Shown here: one piece after another, positions 8,279-18,658 of the stretch | How positions within the stretch are numbered: position 1 is the first letter of the stretch | Layout: every line of letters starts with the position of its first letter | Sequence record: SRR31156797_21721 | Direction: 5' to 3' (one strand) | DNA length: 40,678 nt | The notes under the pieces: generated by a model | Database searches by the model: none | What the model saw: the letters and a program-made list of their open reading frames with translations, nothing else | Told to the model about the DNA's origin: nothing | Position numbers and translations under genes: made by a program

Positions 8279-9528
8279 AGGTAAACGTTATTGGATTGGG
8301 GTATATCGGGCTGCCCACAGCACTTACTTTTGCAAACCATGGGATTGAAGTCGTTGGGGTTGATGTGTCAGAAACAGTCGTTCAATCACTTCAAGCAGGT
8401 CAGGCACCAATCGAAGAACCCCACATTGATCGCTATCTAGCACAAGCTTTAGCGAAAAAGACATTCAATGCACAGTTGGTACCAGAAAAAGCGGATGTCT
8501 TTATTATTGCCGTACCAACGCCAAATATTGCCGATCAATTTGGTAGTTGCGACTTGTCCTACGTGAAAGCGGCGATGGCTGCTATCTTACCCTATCTTGA
8601 AAAAGGCAACACAGTCATTGTTGAATCGACCATTCAACCCCGCACGATGGAAGACATCGTTGGACCATTTTTTGAAAAAGCAGGTTATACCATTGGAGAA
8701 GATCTCTATTTGTTGCATTGCCCAGAGCGAGTTTTGCCAGGGAAAATCTTTGAAGAGCTGGTGATGAACAATCGAATCATTGGTGGCATGACGAGCGCTT
8801 GCACCCAACAAGGCAAACGCATTTATCAGACCTTCGTCAAAGGAAACGTGCTGGAGACTTCTGCAAGTATCGCTGAGCTATCGAAATTGATGGAAAACAC
8901 CTATCGCGACTTGAACATTGCACTAGCCAATGAATTGGTCCAAATTGGGGATCGCCTAAACATTGATGCACTCCAAGTGATTGAGTTAGCCAATCAGCAT
9001 CCACGGGTCAATATCCATCAACCGGGACCTGGTGTCGGCGGTCATTGCTTAGCAGTCGATCCGTATTTTGTTGTCGCGGCAGCACCTGATGACGCGAAGT
9101 TAATTCAATTGGGGCGGATGATCAATACAGAGATGCCTGAATTCATTATAAAAAAAGTCGAAGAAATCTTAGCGATTCATGGTGGAAACAAAATCGCGGT
9201 CCTAGGGTTGGCGTATAAGGGCAACATTGACGATGCCAGAGAAAGTCCGGCTGTTGAGATCGCCAAAAGATTGAAACAAAAGAAAGCTCTGCAAGTCACT
9301 ACCTATGATCCTTATGTCGCCACTTCTGATGTTGCACAAATTGAAGCAGCACTAACAGACAGTGATCTGGCATTGATCCTCTGTGACCATGATGCCTTTA
9401 AAGACATAGCGCCGGCAGCCATTCAAGCGATGAAACAAAAAATCGTTTTTGACACGAAAAATATTGTGACAGGTAAAACGAGGTTCGAGGCTGCCTATTC
9501 TCTTGGGTCATTACCAAGCGCCCAGTAA
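8275..9528 (+). CDS. wecC: Nucleotide-sugar dehydrogenase, probably UDP-ManNAc dehydrogenase
   Basis: GLGYIGLP Rossmann motif, VESTI, HCPERVLPG, KLMENTYRD.NIALANE, PGPGVGGHCLAVDP, AYKGNIDD.RESP; WecB epimerase in the same operon. Confidence 0.88.
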   Translation: MKVNVIGLGYIGLPTALTFANHGIEVVGVDVSETVVQSLQAGQAPIEEPHIDRYLAQALAKKTFNAQLVPEKADVFIIAVPTPNIADQFGSCDLSYVKAAMAAILPYLEKGNTVIVESTIQPRTMEDIVGPFFEKAGYTIGEDLYLLHCPERVLPGKIFEELVMNNRIIGGMTSACTQQGKRIYQTFVKGNVLETSASIAELSKLMENTYRDLNIALANELVQIGDRLNIDALQVIELANQHPRVNIHQPGPGVGGHCLAVDPYFVVAAAPDDAKLIQLGRMINTEMPEFIIKKVEEILAIHGGNKIAVLGLAYKGNIDDARESPAVEIAKRLKQKKALQVTTYDPYVATSDVAQIEAALTDSDLALILCDHDAFKDIAPAAIQAMKQKIVFDTKNIVTGKTRFEAAYSLGSLPSAQ

Positions 9529-9568
9529 ATGGTTTGATTGCTATTTCTGTTATTGAAAGGGAAAACCA

Positions 9569-10303
9569 ATGAATAAAGAAATAAATATGAAAAAATTGAA
9601 GCAAGTCCTTCAGCAACGAATAGGCTGGATCCTCATGATCATTAGTATTCCCTTACTAGCGATGTTGCTTTATCTAACCCTGTTTGCTGAACCCATTTAT
9701 CAAAAAAGTGCGCAGTTGCTGATTAGTCAGTCAGAAACGATAGCTGGCAATCGTCTGGAAAACCAGACGATTCAGGCAGACCTTCAGCTCGTCAGTACCT
9801 ATAGCACCATCATCATGAGTCCTCGCATCTTAAATGAAGTCAGTGAGGCGCTAGAGGGAAGCTACGATGTGGCTGAATTGTCGGAGATTTTGAGTGTTAC
9901 CAATGCCACCAACTCGCAGATCATCGAAATCAACGCTTACCATCAAAGTCCGAAGATCGCAGCCGAAATCGCCAATACGACCGCCAGCGTTTTTAGTGAA
10001 GAGATCCCTAAGATCATGAACATTGATAATGTCACGATCTTAGCAGAAGGAACCGTTTTGCCACAAGAAACGCCTGCTCGTCCAAACAAGTTTTTGTTGT
10101 ACAGTTTGACCACTTTTTTAAGTCTTCTTTTCGCTTTTACGTATGTGTTCCTCCTGTTGGTTTTTGAGCGCAGCTTTGCTTCGAATACGGAAATCGAAGA
10201 GGTCTTAGGGGTAAAAGTCATCGGTGAGATAAGCAAAGAAAAACGAGTTGCTTCGTTTAAAACCATCCAGTCGAGAAGCTTTAGAGGAAGGAAGCGTGTG
10301 TGA
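9569..10303 (+). CDS. Polysaccharide co-polymerase / BY-kinase activator (Wzz/CpsC/CapA family)
   Basis: Two TM segments flanking an extracellular loop, TYSTIIMSPRIL, NSQIIEI, P.RP before the second TM, EIEEVLGVKVIG tail. Confidence 0.88.
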   Translation: MNKEINMKKLKQVLQQRIGWILMIISIPLLAMLLYLTLFAEPIYQKSAQLLISQSETIAGNRLENQTIQADLQLVSTYSTIIMSPRILNEVSEALEGSYDVAELSEILSVTNATNSQIIEINAYHQSPKIAAEIANTTASVFSEEIPKIMNIDNVTILAEGTVLPQETPARPNKFLLYSLTTFLSLLFAFTYVFLLLVFERSFASNTEIEEVLGVKVIGEISKEKRVASFKTIQSRSFRGRKRV

Positions 10304-10944
10304 TGCGTAGCATGAAGGAAAATTATTCCATCATCAGTGAACAAGTCAAGTTGATTCGCGAAAATGTCGACTATTTATGCCAACAACAAGATGCTCAAAC
10401 GATTTTGATTACTTCAGGAGAAAGCGGTACGGGAAAATCCACGGTCTCGGCAAATTTGGCGGTCGCCTATGCCCAAAAAGGGAACCGAACCTTATTGATC
10501 GATGCGGATCTGCGTAAACCCACCCAACATTATTTGTTTTCACAAGAAATGCACGTGGGCTTGTCCAACTATATCCGACGGGACATCTCGATCGAAAGCT
10601 GTGTCCAACAAGTGATTTTAGAAGATTGCGAATTTTCAATCATTACTAGCGGAGCCATTATGTCAAACCCTAATGATCTGCTCGCTTCTTCGAAAATGAC
10701 CGCAGCCTTGCAAGAGGTCAAACAACTATACGATGTGGTCATTATTGATACGCCACCAGTCAATGTCGTTTCGGATGCCTTGATCCTAGCCAAGAAAGTC
10801 GACGGTGTACTTTTAGTCGTTCATGCGGATAAAACGAACAAACAATCCGCAAAAAATGCCGTCAAAAAGCTACGCCTAGTTAACGCAAACATCTTAGGTG
10901 TCGTGGCGAATGGCACGGACACGGGCGAAAATTACTATTATTAA
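10300..10944 (+). CDS. Bacterial tyrosine kinase (CpsD/CapB family)
   Basis: Walker A GESGTGKST, A' LIDADLRKP, Walker B IIDTPP, C-terminal tyrosine cluster NYYY. Confidence 0.93.
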   Translation: MMRSMKENYSIISEQVKLIRENVDYLCQQQDAQTILITSGESGTGKSTVSANLAVAYAQKGNRTLLIDADLRKPTQHYLFSQEMHVGLSNYIRRDISIESCVQQVILEDCEFSIITSGAIMSNPNDLLASSKMTAALQEVKQLYDVVIIDTPPVNVVSDALILAKKVDGVLLVVHADKTNKQSAKNAVKKLRLVNANILGVVANGTDTGENYYY

Positions 10945-10957
10945 GGAGGGGAACTTT

Positions 10958-11605
10958 GTGGAAAGACCCGCTTTAGACAAGCAGTCAAGGGTTCAAGCGA
11001 CTAGTTATTTACGTTGGAAACGCACGATAGAAACTATCTTTAGCTTGGGCTTATTAGTCGTCCTTAGCCCGCTGTTACTGCTGATTTGTATAGGGATCAA
11101 ATTTTCTAACTGGCAGGCACCGATTATTTTTAAGCAAGTTCGTGTTGGCAAAAATGAGGCCACGTTTGTGATGTACAAATTTCGAACGATGGTGCCTGAT
11201 GCCGATCAATTATTAGGGCAGTACCTTGATAAAAACGAAATTGAAGGGGCCATGTTCAAGCTGAAGAAAGATCCGCGAGTGACGCGCTTAGGCCGTTTTT
11301 TAAGAAAAACGAGTCTTGATGAACTGCCCCAATTGATCAATGTCTTGAAAGGGGAGATGGCACTGGTCGGCCCCCGTCCTCCTTTAGAAAGAGAAGTCGT
11401 CAGTTATTCAGAAAAAGACAAGCAACGATTGTGTGTCACACCTGGGTGCACAGGGTTGTGGCAAGTCAGTGGACGAAACGAATTGAGCTTTCAAGAGATG
11501 GTCGCATTGGATCTCTATTACATCAATAACCTGAGCTGGTTATTGGACTTGAAAATAATTATGAAAACGATTGGCGTTGTTTTCTTACCCAAAGGAGCAT
11601 TCTAA
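10958..11605 (+). CDS. Priming phosphoglycosyltransferase (bacterial sugar transferase family)
   Basis: FKQVRVG, YKFRTM, DPRVTRLGRFLRKTSLDELPQL, VGPRP, PG.TGLWQVSGR. Start moved to the GTG at 10958, behind AAGGAGG. Confidence 0.92.
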   Translation: MERPALDKQSRVQATSYLRWKRTIETIFSLGLLVVLSPLLLLICIGIKFSNWQAPIIFKQVRVGKNEATFVMYKFRTMVPDADQLLGQYLDKNEIEGAMFKLKKDPRVTRLGRFLRKTSLDELPQLINVLKGEMALVGPRPPLEREVVSYSEKDKQRLCVTPGCTGLWQVSGRNELSFQEMVALDLYYINNLSWLLDLKIIMKTIGVVFLPKGAF

Positions 11606-12351
11606 TGGAGCAACAAGTACGTGTATCACTTTTAGGCAGCAATCTCGATTCCTTAAACTTTCAGGAAACCATTACTAAGATCGAGGCAATGATCGAACAG
11701 GGGATGCCCGCACAGCATGTTTCAATTAACGCGGGAAAAATAAACTTGATGCGAAAAGATCCCTCGTTGCGATCGATCGTCAATCGGGCAGCTTTGATCA
11801 CGGCTGATGGGCAGTCGATTGTCTGGGCAGCGAAATATTTAGGGTGCCCGGTACCAGAAAGGGTAACAGGCATCGATCTTTTTCGCGAGCTGGTCAAATT
11901 GGCAGCAGAAAAAGGCTGGCGTCCTTATTATTTAGGAGCAACTGCCGAAGTCGTAGAAGCCGTCGTCAAACATGACCAACAGCTCTATCCCGACCTGAAC
12001 ATAGCGGGTTTTCACCATGGCTATTTTTCCGAAGTCGAATCATTGGACGTGGCAAAAGAGATTGCACGGACGCAACCAGACTTGCTGTTTGTCGCTTTTT
12101 CTAGCCCGCAAAAAGAGATTTGGCTCGATACATTCAGCGAAGTGTTGCAAGTGCCATTTGCGATGGGCGTTGGCGGCAGCTTTGATATCGTCGCAGGCAA
12201 AACCAAACGAGCGCCTTTGTGGATGCAGCGGGCAGGTTTGGAATGGTTTTATCGCTTTGCGCAAGAGCCAGTCAGGATGTTTGATCGCTATATCATAGGA
12301 AATTTACGCTTTTTACAGTATGTGTGGGGAGAAAAAAGAAGAAACGCATGA
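11605..12351 (+). CDS. WecG/TagA/CpsF-family glycosyltransferase (ManNAc or ManNAcA transferase)
   Basis: ADGQSIVWA, PERVTGIDL, GVGGSFD, KRAP.WMQ..GLEW.YR..QEP motifs. Confidence 0.92.
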   Translation: MEQQVRVSLLGSNLDSLNFQETITKIEAMIEQGMPAQHVSINAGKINLMRKDPSLRSIVNRAALITADGQSIVWAAKYLGCPVPERVTGIDLFRELVKLAAEKGWRPYYLGATAEVVEAVVKHDQQLYPDLNIAGFHHGYFSEVESLDVAKEIARTQPDLLFVAFSSPQKEIWLDTFSEVLQVPFAMGVGGSFDIVAGKTKRAPLWMQRAGLEWFYRFAQEPVRMFDRYIIGNLRFLQYVWGEKRRNA

Positions 12352-13601
12352 AATCAAAACAGCAAAGCCATCACCGCTTCTTCCTGGGGATTGTGGCCAT
12401 TTTTCCGATAATCGACGTCTTAAACGGCTTATTTCTAAGTCTGGGCATTCCTTTTCCCATTGGCGTGTTTTACCGTTTGCTGTTCTTTTTGTTCTTAGTG
12501 ATTATGATCGTGACAGAAAAGATTCCCCATAGCTACTATACATATTTAACGTATGGGTTTATCGCTGTGACGCTTACGATTTTTCTGTTACAAGCACTTT
12601 TTCTAGGGTACAGCTGGCAGTGGGTGATCGAGGATCTATCGGTGTATATCAAATACCTCTTATGGGTACTGATTCCTTATTATGTCTATCAACGAAAAAA
12701 CGACTTCTCCAAACTGCACTACGACAGCTTATTTATTGTTATCAGTGTCTGCTTCACCTTGGGGCTACTGATTCCTTATTTTTTAGGGCTAGGCTACCAA
12801 ACTTATGACAATTCTGATGCTGGGTATAAAGGCTATTTCTTTGCCAATAATGATACGAGCTTTGCCTTTATTGTTTCAATCACCTTTACAGTCCAGGCAC
12901 TAATTGTTTCGATCAAAGAACAGACCCATAAGTTTTCACTGTTTTTGGCTAGTTTATTCGCTGGGAATTTCGTCTGTTTGGTCTTGGTCGGTACGAAAAC
13001 CGGCGTGTTTTATGGTGTCGGTGTGTTGTTCTATCTTTTAATCCGATTGGTGCTAGGCATTGAACGTAAAGCATTTCTGCAACAATTGTTTATCTGGTTT
13101 ATGAGTTTTATTACGATTGCTTGGCTGCTTATTCAAGGACTACCATTGCTGATCCAAGCCGTCGAAGGAACCTATCTTCGCATAGTGTATTTTTATCATC
13201 TTTTCGACGGGGACTTGATCCGGTTACTTTCTAGTTCAAGAAGTGATTTTTTGATTGGTGGGATGAACGCCTTCTTAAATGATGAGGCCCGACACTTTAC
13301 CATGATCTTTGGCCAAGGCTTTGAATACCGTTTGGCACACTTTGGTCGTCTTGGCTTAATTGAAATGGACTTCTTCGACACCCTTTTCGGGCAAGGCCTA
13401 CTGGGAATAGCGTTATTGCTGCTAATGCTCGCCTATTTTGTCTATTTGGCCTTTCAGCCACGAAAACGATCGGTTTATAGTTTTGCCTTGATCGTGGTGC
13501 TTTTTTATAGTTTTTTTGCCGGGCATGTTTTGTATTCGGCATTGTCTTCCACCTTTTTAGGATTGATTTGTGGAGGCATTATTTTAACAGAGAAAGAGTG
13601 A
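12348..13601 (+). CDS. Polytopic Wzy polymerase / O-antigen-ligase-like membrane protein
   Basis: About 11-12 hydrophobic segments, a large loop containing SSSR..IFGQG..EMDFFD, and its position in the glycan operon. ATG at 12348 overlaps the previous stop. Confidence 0.75.
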   Translation: MKSKQQSHHRFFLGIVAIFPIIDVLNGLFLSLGIPFPIGVFYRLLFFLFLVIMIVTEKIPHSYYTYLTYGFIAVTLTIFLLQALFLGYSWQWVIEDLSVYIKYLLWVLIPYYVYQRKNDFSKLHYDSLFIVISVCFTLGLLIPYFLGLGYQTYDNSDAGYKGYFFANNDTSFAFIVSITFTVQALIVSIKEQTHKFSLFLASLFAGNFVCLVLVGTKTGVFYGVGVLFYLLIRLVLGIERKAFLQQLFIWFMSFITIAWLLIQGLPLLIQAVEGTYLRIVYFYHLFDGDLIRLLSSSRSDFLIGGMNAFLNDEARHFTMIFGQGFEYRLAHFGRLGLIEMDFFDTLFGQGLLGIALLLLMLAYFVYLAFQPRKRSVYSFALIVVLFYSFFAGHVLYSALSSTFLGLICGGIILTEKE

Positions 13602-13609
13602 ACAACTGA

Positions 13610-15025
13610 TTGAAAAAATTACTTTTGAGGCTGGGCTTTTTCTCCCTCGGTTCGTTAGGTTCGGCGGTCTTAAACTTGGTGCTTTTGCCCGTAACGACCA
13701 GCTTTTTGACACCCGAAGAATATGGGAAGACCAGTATGTTTTTCCTTGCACAGACCTTTTTGATATACGTGATCTATCTCGGCTTCGACCAAGCCTTTAC
13801 GAGGGAATACCATGACCACGAAAACAAACGCGAGTTATTGCAACAAGCGATGCTCGTCCCGTTGCTCGGTTCATTTTTCTTTCAGCTGATCCTAGTGGTT
13901 TTTGCAGCAGATTTCTCGCAGCTTTTATTTGAGTCTCCACAGTACACCCGTGCGATTTATTTATTTGCTCTTTCGTCGGGACTGCTGATTTTTGAACGGT
14001 TTCTTTTGTTAACGGTTCGAATGCAAAACAAAGCGATCCAGTTCTCCGTTTACAGTATTTTGGTGAAATTCATGGTCTTGTTCATCACGTTGCTGTTTCT
14101 CTTTTTTGGTCCGCCGACGTTTATTACGGTGGTCTATGGCATGCTCTTCGGTCAGATTATCGGTGATTGTCTGTTGATTCTGGCAAACCTGGCGCTTTTT
14201 GTGCCGCTCATTCGCCAAATCGATCGCAACCTGATCAAAAAGCTGAGTCGTTTTGGCTTGCCGACGGTGGTGGGAACGTTCCTCTATAGCCTGTTAATGA
14301 TTATCGACAAAATGATGCTGCGCTATTTTGCTGATTTTGCCGCTTTGGGTATCTACACGGCTGCATTCAAAGTGGCAAGTGCCTTGATGATTCTACAAGT
14401 TAGTTTTGCCAATTTTTGGATTCCCACCTCCTATGAATGGTTCAAAAAAGGCAAACCATTGATTTATTACGAACGAGTCAGTCACTTTATCATGTTCGTC
14501 TTGTCGATTTTCTTTTTACTGATGGTCTTTTTCAAAGAAACGATCGTCATCTTATTGTCGCAAGACTACTTAGAGGCCCAGTACTTGTTTCCCTTGTTAT
14601 GTTTTTATCCCTTGATGATGACGATCAGTGAAACGACCAATCTCGGGATCGTTTTTTATAAGAAAAGTCATTTGAATATTGCTGCCTCTTTGCTGGCGGT
14701 CTTAGCCGCATCCCTTGGTCATCTCCTACTCGTACCGACAATTGGCGCCACAGGAGCGGCTTGTGCTACGGCATTAGGGTACTTGGTCTTCTTTTTTGCC
14801 CGTACATATTTTTCGATGACCTATTGGCAGGGGTTCTCAGTCAAACGCCAAATCAGCCTTTCGATCATGCTGTATTGCTTTGCGCTGTTTACGGCATTCA
14901 ATCGGACTCTTTGGCTGGAAAAGAGCCTCGTTTTGCTGCTGATGCTCTTCGTCGTTGTTCTTTATCGCAAGGAACTAAAGCAGGTAACTAGATTTGTACA
15001 AGAAAGGAAAATCAACAAAGCATGA
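13610..15025 (+). CDS. Wzx oligosaccharide flippase (MOP family)
   Basis: LLPV.T..LTPEEYG, LGFDQAFTR, IDKMML...LGIY.AAFK..S, LLVP.IGA.GAA.AT; TTG start. Confidence 0.9.
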   Translation: MKKLLLRLGFFSLGSLGSAVLNLVLLPVTTSFLTPEEYGKTSMFFLAQTFLIYVIYLGFDQAFTREYHDHENKRELLQQAMLVPLLGSFFFQLILVVFAADFSQLLFESPQYTRAIYLFALSSGLLIFERFLLLTVRMQNKAIQFSVYSILVKFMVLFITLLFLFFGPPTFITVVYGMLFGQIIGDCLLILANLALFVPLIRQIDRNLIKKLSRFGLPTVVGTFLYSLLMIIDKMMLRYFADFAALGIYTAAFKVASALMILQVSFANFWIPTSYEWFKKGKPLIYYERVSHFIMFVLSIFFLLMVFFKETIVILLSQDYLEAQYLFPLLCFYPLMMTISETTNLGIVFYKKSHLNIAASLLAVLAASLGHLLLVPTIGATGAACATALGYLVFFFARTYFSMTYWQGFSVKRQISLSIMLYCFALFTAFNRTLWLEKSLVLLLMLFVVVLYRKELKQVTRFVQERKINKA

Positions 15026-16053
15026 ATATCTTACTTATCGGTCCAGATCCAGCAGCAAAAGGGGGGATCGCAACGGTCATTTATAATTTCCAAAAAGCAA
15101 AAGCGCCAGAGGACGTGCGTTTCGTCGTCCATAAGACTTGGTCGGAAAAAGGAAAATATTGGACGCAGCTCAAAGCGTTTCTTACGTTTCGTCGGCACAT
15201 CAAAAAAGAAAGGTGCCAGATCCTTCATTTCCACGTTGCGCAAAAGGGCAGTTTCTATCGCAAGAGTTTGCTGTTGTTGCTAGCACCAAAACATTGCAAG
15301 ACGATTTTTCATATGCATGCTTCGCAATTTGACCAGTTTTATCAAAACAGTCCTTCGTGGGCAAAGTGGTGGGTCCGTTTTACCTTAGCTCGGGTGGATC
15401 AGCTCGTAGTGCTAAGTAGTAGCTGGTCAGCATTTTACCAAACGATTACCGATACCTCAATCGAGGTCTTGCCAAATGCCGTAGCGGTGCCGGAGGAATC
15501 CTTTTATGACCCCACCGCAAAATGGATCATCACTCTTGGCAGGATCGGGCAAAGAAAAGGCAGTTTTGATCTGTTGGCAGTTGCAAAAGCAATGGCTGTT
15601 TCCTTTCCCGAGATTCGCTTTATGTTATTTGGCGATCAAGAAAATCAACAGGTTGCCCAACAGCTCCAAGAAGAGGCTCTCACCAATGTGTTCTTAAATG
15701 AGTGGGTAGCAACCGATGCGTTACCAGCTGTTTTTCGTAAGGCAGCCATCCATTTTCTCCCTTCTTATCACGAAGGCTTGCCGATGGCGATCTTAGAAAC
15801 CATGGCGGCAGGTATCCCCAATGTAACGACGAAGGTTGGGGGAATCCCAGAGTTGATCCAATCGGGTGAAAACGGCTACCTAGTAGCTGCCGGTGATATT
15901 CAAGCAATGATCGAGACGTTGAGCGGTCTGTTAGCTAACGAGGAAGAACGAATCAAAAGCAGCCAACAAGCCAGAGCAACGATTGAGCAACAGTATGCCT
16001 TAACGTCGTATATGAAGCGCTGGCAGAAGATTTACAAAAAGCAACTTGATTAA
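15022..16053 (+). CDS. GT4-family glycosyltransferase
   Basis: KGGIA, GRIGQRKG, LPSYHEGLPMAILETMAAG (EX7E motif), VGGIPELI. Confidence 0.92.
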   Translation: MNILLIGPDPAAKGGIATVIYNFQKAKAPEDVRFVVHKTWSEKGKYWTQLKAFLTFRRHIKKERCQILHFHVAQKGSFYRKSLLLLLAPKHCKTIFHMHASQFDQFYQNSPSWAKWWVRFTLARVDQLVVLSSSWSAFYQTITDTSIEVLPNAVAVPEESFYDPTAKWIITLGRIGQRKGSFDLLAVAKAMAVSFPEIRFMLFGDQENQQVAQQLQEEALTNVFLNEWVATDALPAVFRKAAIHFLPSYHEGLPMAILETMAAGIPNVTTKVGGIPELIQSGENGYLVAAGDIQAMIETLSGLLANEEERIKSSQQARATIEQQYALTSYMKRWQKIYKKQLD

Positions 16054-16085
16054 TGCTCAAATTGCTGAAAAAAAGGAGAAGTACG

Positions 16086-17183
16086 ATGCAAAAAATAAAG
16101 GTATTATCTATTTTTGGTACACGACCAGAAGCCATCAAGATGGCACCGGTCATAAAAAAACTAGCAAATGATCCACGCTTTCTATCAAAGATCGTCGTGA
16201 CAGGGCAGCATCGAGAAATGCTTGAGCAAACATTAGCGGCGTTTGAGCTGACCCCTGATTACGACTTGGCTATCATGCGAGAAAATCAAACCTTGTCTAG
16301 TATCACCAGTCGTATTTTAGAAGGACTCGAAGGTATTTTTCAATCAGAAGAACCAGACGTAGTGTTGGTCCATGGCGATACGACGACGGCAGTGGCAGCT
16401 GCGCTGGCCGCTTTTTATCAGCAGATCTTGATTGGTCATGTGGAGGCTGGGCTACGAACAGGTAACAAGAATGATCCGTTTCCAGAAGAAATGAATCGCC
16501 GGTTGATTGATCAACTAGCAGATTTTCTCTTTGCCCCTACAGATCAAAGCCAGGCAAATCTGCTAAAAGAAAATCATCCACAAGACCGCATCGTCGTTAC
16601 TGGCAATACGTCTATTGATGCTTTGTACCACACCTTGGCACAAAAAAAAGACCGAAAACCAATCAGTGAGAAAAAAATCCTTTTAGTTACGATGCACCGG
16701 CGAGAAAATATTGGGCAACCCATGGAACAAGTGTTTCGTGCACTAAAACGCATCGCTATTGCTTATCCCGCACTGACGATGGTCTTTCCGATGCATAAAA
16801 ACCCTCGTGTCCGTACACTAGCCAAGCGCTATTTAGAAGGGCAGCAAAATATTGAGCTGATCGAACCATTGGATGCCCCTGCATTCTATCAGTTACTGGC
16901 AGGCAGCTACCTTGTTTTGACCGATTCAGGAGGGATTCAAGAAGAAGCACCCTCCTTGGGGATTCCTGTCTTGATCGTACGTGAAACGACGGAACGCCCA
17001 GAAGGGGTGGCAGCAGGGACTTTGAAACTTATTGGTACCCATGAGGAGCATGTGTATTCAGAAATCGTTCATTTATTGTCTGATGAGGCAGCATACAAAC
17101 AGATGGCGCAAGCCAAAAATCCCTATGGAGATGGACAAGCCAGTGAGCGAATCGTGGCTGAATTAAAAAGTTATTTCGAGTAG
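16086..17183 (+). CDS. wecB: UDP-N-acetylglucosamine 2-epimerase (non-hydrolysing)
   Basis: FGTRPEAIKMAP, TGQHREML, HGDTTT, HVEAGLRT, PFPEEMNR, TDSGGIQEEAP, NPYGDG. ATG at 16086 follows AGGAG. Confidence 0.95.
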   Translation: MQKIKVLSIFGTRPEAIKMAPVIKKLANDPRFLSKIVVTGQHREMLEQTLAAFELTPDYDLAIMRENQTLSSITSRILEGLEGIFQSEEPDVVLVHGDTTTAVAAALAAFYQQILIGHVEAGLRTGNKNDPFPEEMNRRLIDQLADFLFAPTDQSQANLLKENHPQDRIVVTGNTSIDALYHTLAQKKDRKPISEKKILLVTMHRRENIGQPMEQVFRALKRIAIAYPALTMVFPMHKNPRVRTLAKRYLEGQQNIELIEPLDAPAFYQLLAGSYLVLTDSGGIQEEAPSLGIPVLIVRETTERPEGVAAGTLKLIGTHEEHVYSEIVHLLSDEAAYKQMAQAKNPYGDGQASERIVAELKSYFE

Positions 17184-17197
17184 AGGAAGGCGAATCT

Positions 17198-18658
17198 ATG
17201 AGACAATTCCAATCATCTTTTGTCATTAGTAAAACGACGCTAAGGTGGCTACATTTGCTAGAACATATGGAGCACGCTTCTCATACACCGATCCGTGGGT
17301 TGTCAAAAGTGATCAAAAGCTCTAGCCGAACCATCATTGAAGATTTACAAAACATTAAAGAGTATTTCGAAGATGCTATCGAAATGGAAACGTCAAATAG
17401 TGGCTATCAGCTACAAGTCATCGACACAGAAAGCTACTTAGAAAAAAAACGGAATTTGATCAGTAACGAGCCGTTGTTTCGCATCTTTGAGAGCATTTTC
17501 TTAGGGGAAATATTGACCATCAATGAGTGGTCAGACATTTTGTTTATTTCCCCTGCAACGTTGATGCGGTATTTTCGAAAGATCGACCCAATTTTAGCAC
17601 AGTACCAACTGACATTAAATAAAACCACCGTTGATCTTATTGGTGAGGAAGTCAATATTCGCCATTTTTTTCTGAACTTTTATTATGAATCCGATAGTAC
17701 GCCGCATACCGTATTTCCGCCGTTGATCATTCATGAGATCGGTTTAAACTTGAAAAAAGAAGAATTCGATAGCAATTTCTCTAATCTTGCCTTTGAGGAA
17801 ATCAGTTACATGCTTTATATCATTTTAGAGCGAACCTCTCATGGCCATTACGTCACGATCGATCCAGCCATCGTCAAGCAGTTTCGTAAAGAGTATTATC
17901 TTGAGCTGAAAAAATTAAAGACGATGCTATCGAACCATTTGCAAACGACGATCGCCGAAAAAGAAATCATCTACTTTTATGCGTTATCGATGGGAAAACG
18001 GACGGTGTTTGATATTGATATGGAAAGGGACTTTTGCAACAAGTTAGGCAAAGACTCGCAGATCCTGCAACTAACCCAACGTTATCTAAAGGAGGCAGGC
18101 GTACCGCCGTATGCGCTGGAATATAGTACGGTTTTGATCCAGTCGTTTTTTGCGACGATCTTACTAAAAAATAAACTTTCACCGGTCTTGAACAAAGTGA
18201 TTCCCGATTTGATCTCATTTGTAAAAAAACATTTTCCAGAGGAAATGGCACAAAACACAGCGTTCTTACAAAAACAATTCAAACAACTGAAGTGTCTGTC
18301 TTTAGACATGATCGTAGATATCAGCGCAGTGTTTACCATTCACATGGACTGTGTGAAAGAATTGTACTGGGGGAAGCCTAAAAAAATTGCGTTCCTGTTA
18401 GAAGGGAATCAATTTATCTCGCAACGAATTCAGGTCACTGCTCGTAAGTATCTAGGCAGTTATCAGAAACTCTTTTTTCCGAATGTATTAGATATCAATC
18501 CCGGCTATTTTGAGGCGAACCAATTTGATATCGTCGTCACAAATTATAATGAGCATATGTCGAATTTTTCTTGTTCTGGCGTGTATTTATTGTTCAATAA
18601 AATCCCGAACTCAACCGATTGGCGCAGACTCATGTCATTGATCGACTTTAAACTTTAA
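17198..18658 (+). CDS. Mga-like HTH regulator (paralogue 2), 14 bp downstream of wecB
   Basis: KTTLRWL, SSRTIIEDL, FISPATLMR, GEEVNIR..FYYESDSTPH, DIVVTNY. Confidence 0.88.
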   Translation: MRQFQSSFVISKTTLRWLHLLEHMEHASHTPIRGLSKVIKSSSRTIIEDLQNIKEYFEDAIEMETSNSGYQLQVIDTESYLEKKRNLISNEPLFRIFESIFLGEILTINEWSDILFISPATLMRYFRKIDPILAQYQLTLNKTTVDLIGEEVNIRHFFLNFYYESDSTPHTVFPPLIIHEIGLNLKKEEFDSNFSNLAFEEISYMLYIILERTSHGHYVTIDPAIVKQFRKEYYLELKKLKTMLSNHLQTTIAEKEIIYFYALSMGKRTVFDIDMERDFCNKLGKDSQILQLTQRYLKEAGVPPYALEYSTVLIQSFFATILLKNKLSPVLNKVIPDLISFVKKHFPEEMAQNTAFLQKQFKQLKCLSLDMIVDISAVFTIHMDCVKELYWGKPKKIAFLLEGNQFISQRIQVTARKYLGSYQKLFFPNVLDINPGYFEANQFDIVVTNYNEHMSNFSCSGVYLLFNKIPNSTDWRRLMSLIDFKL

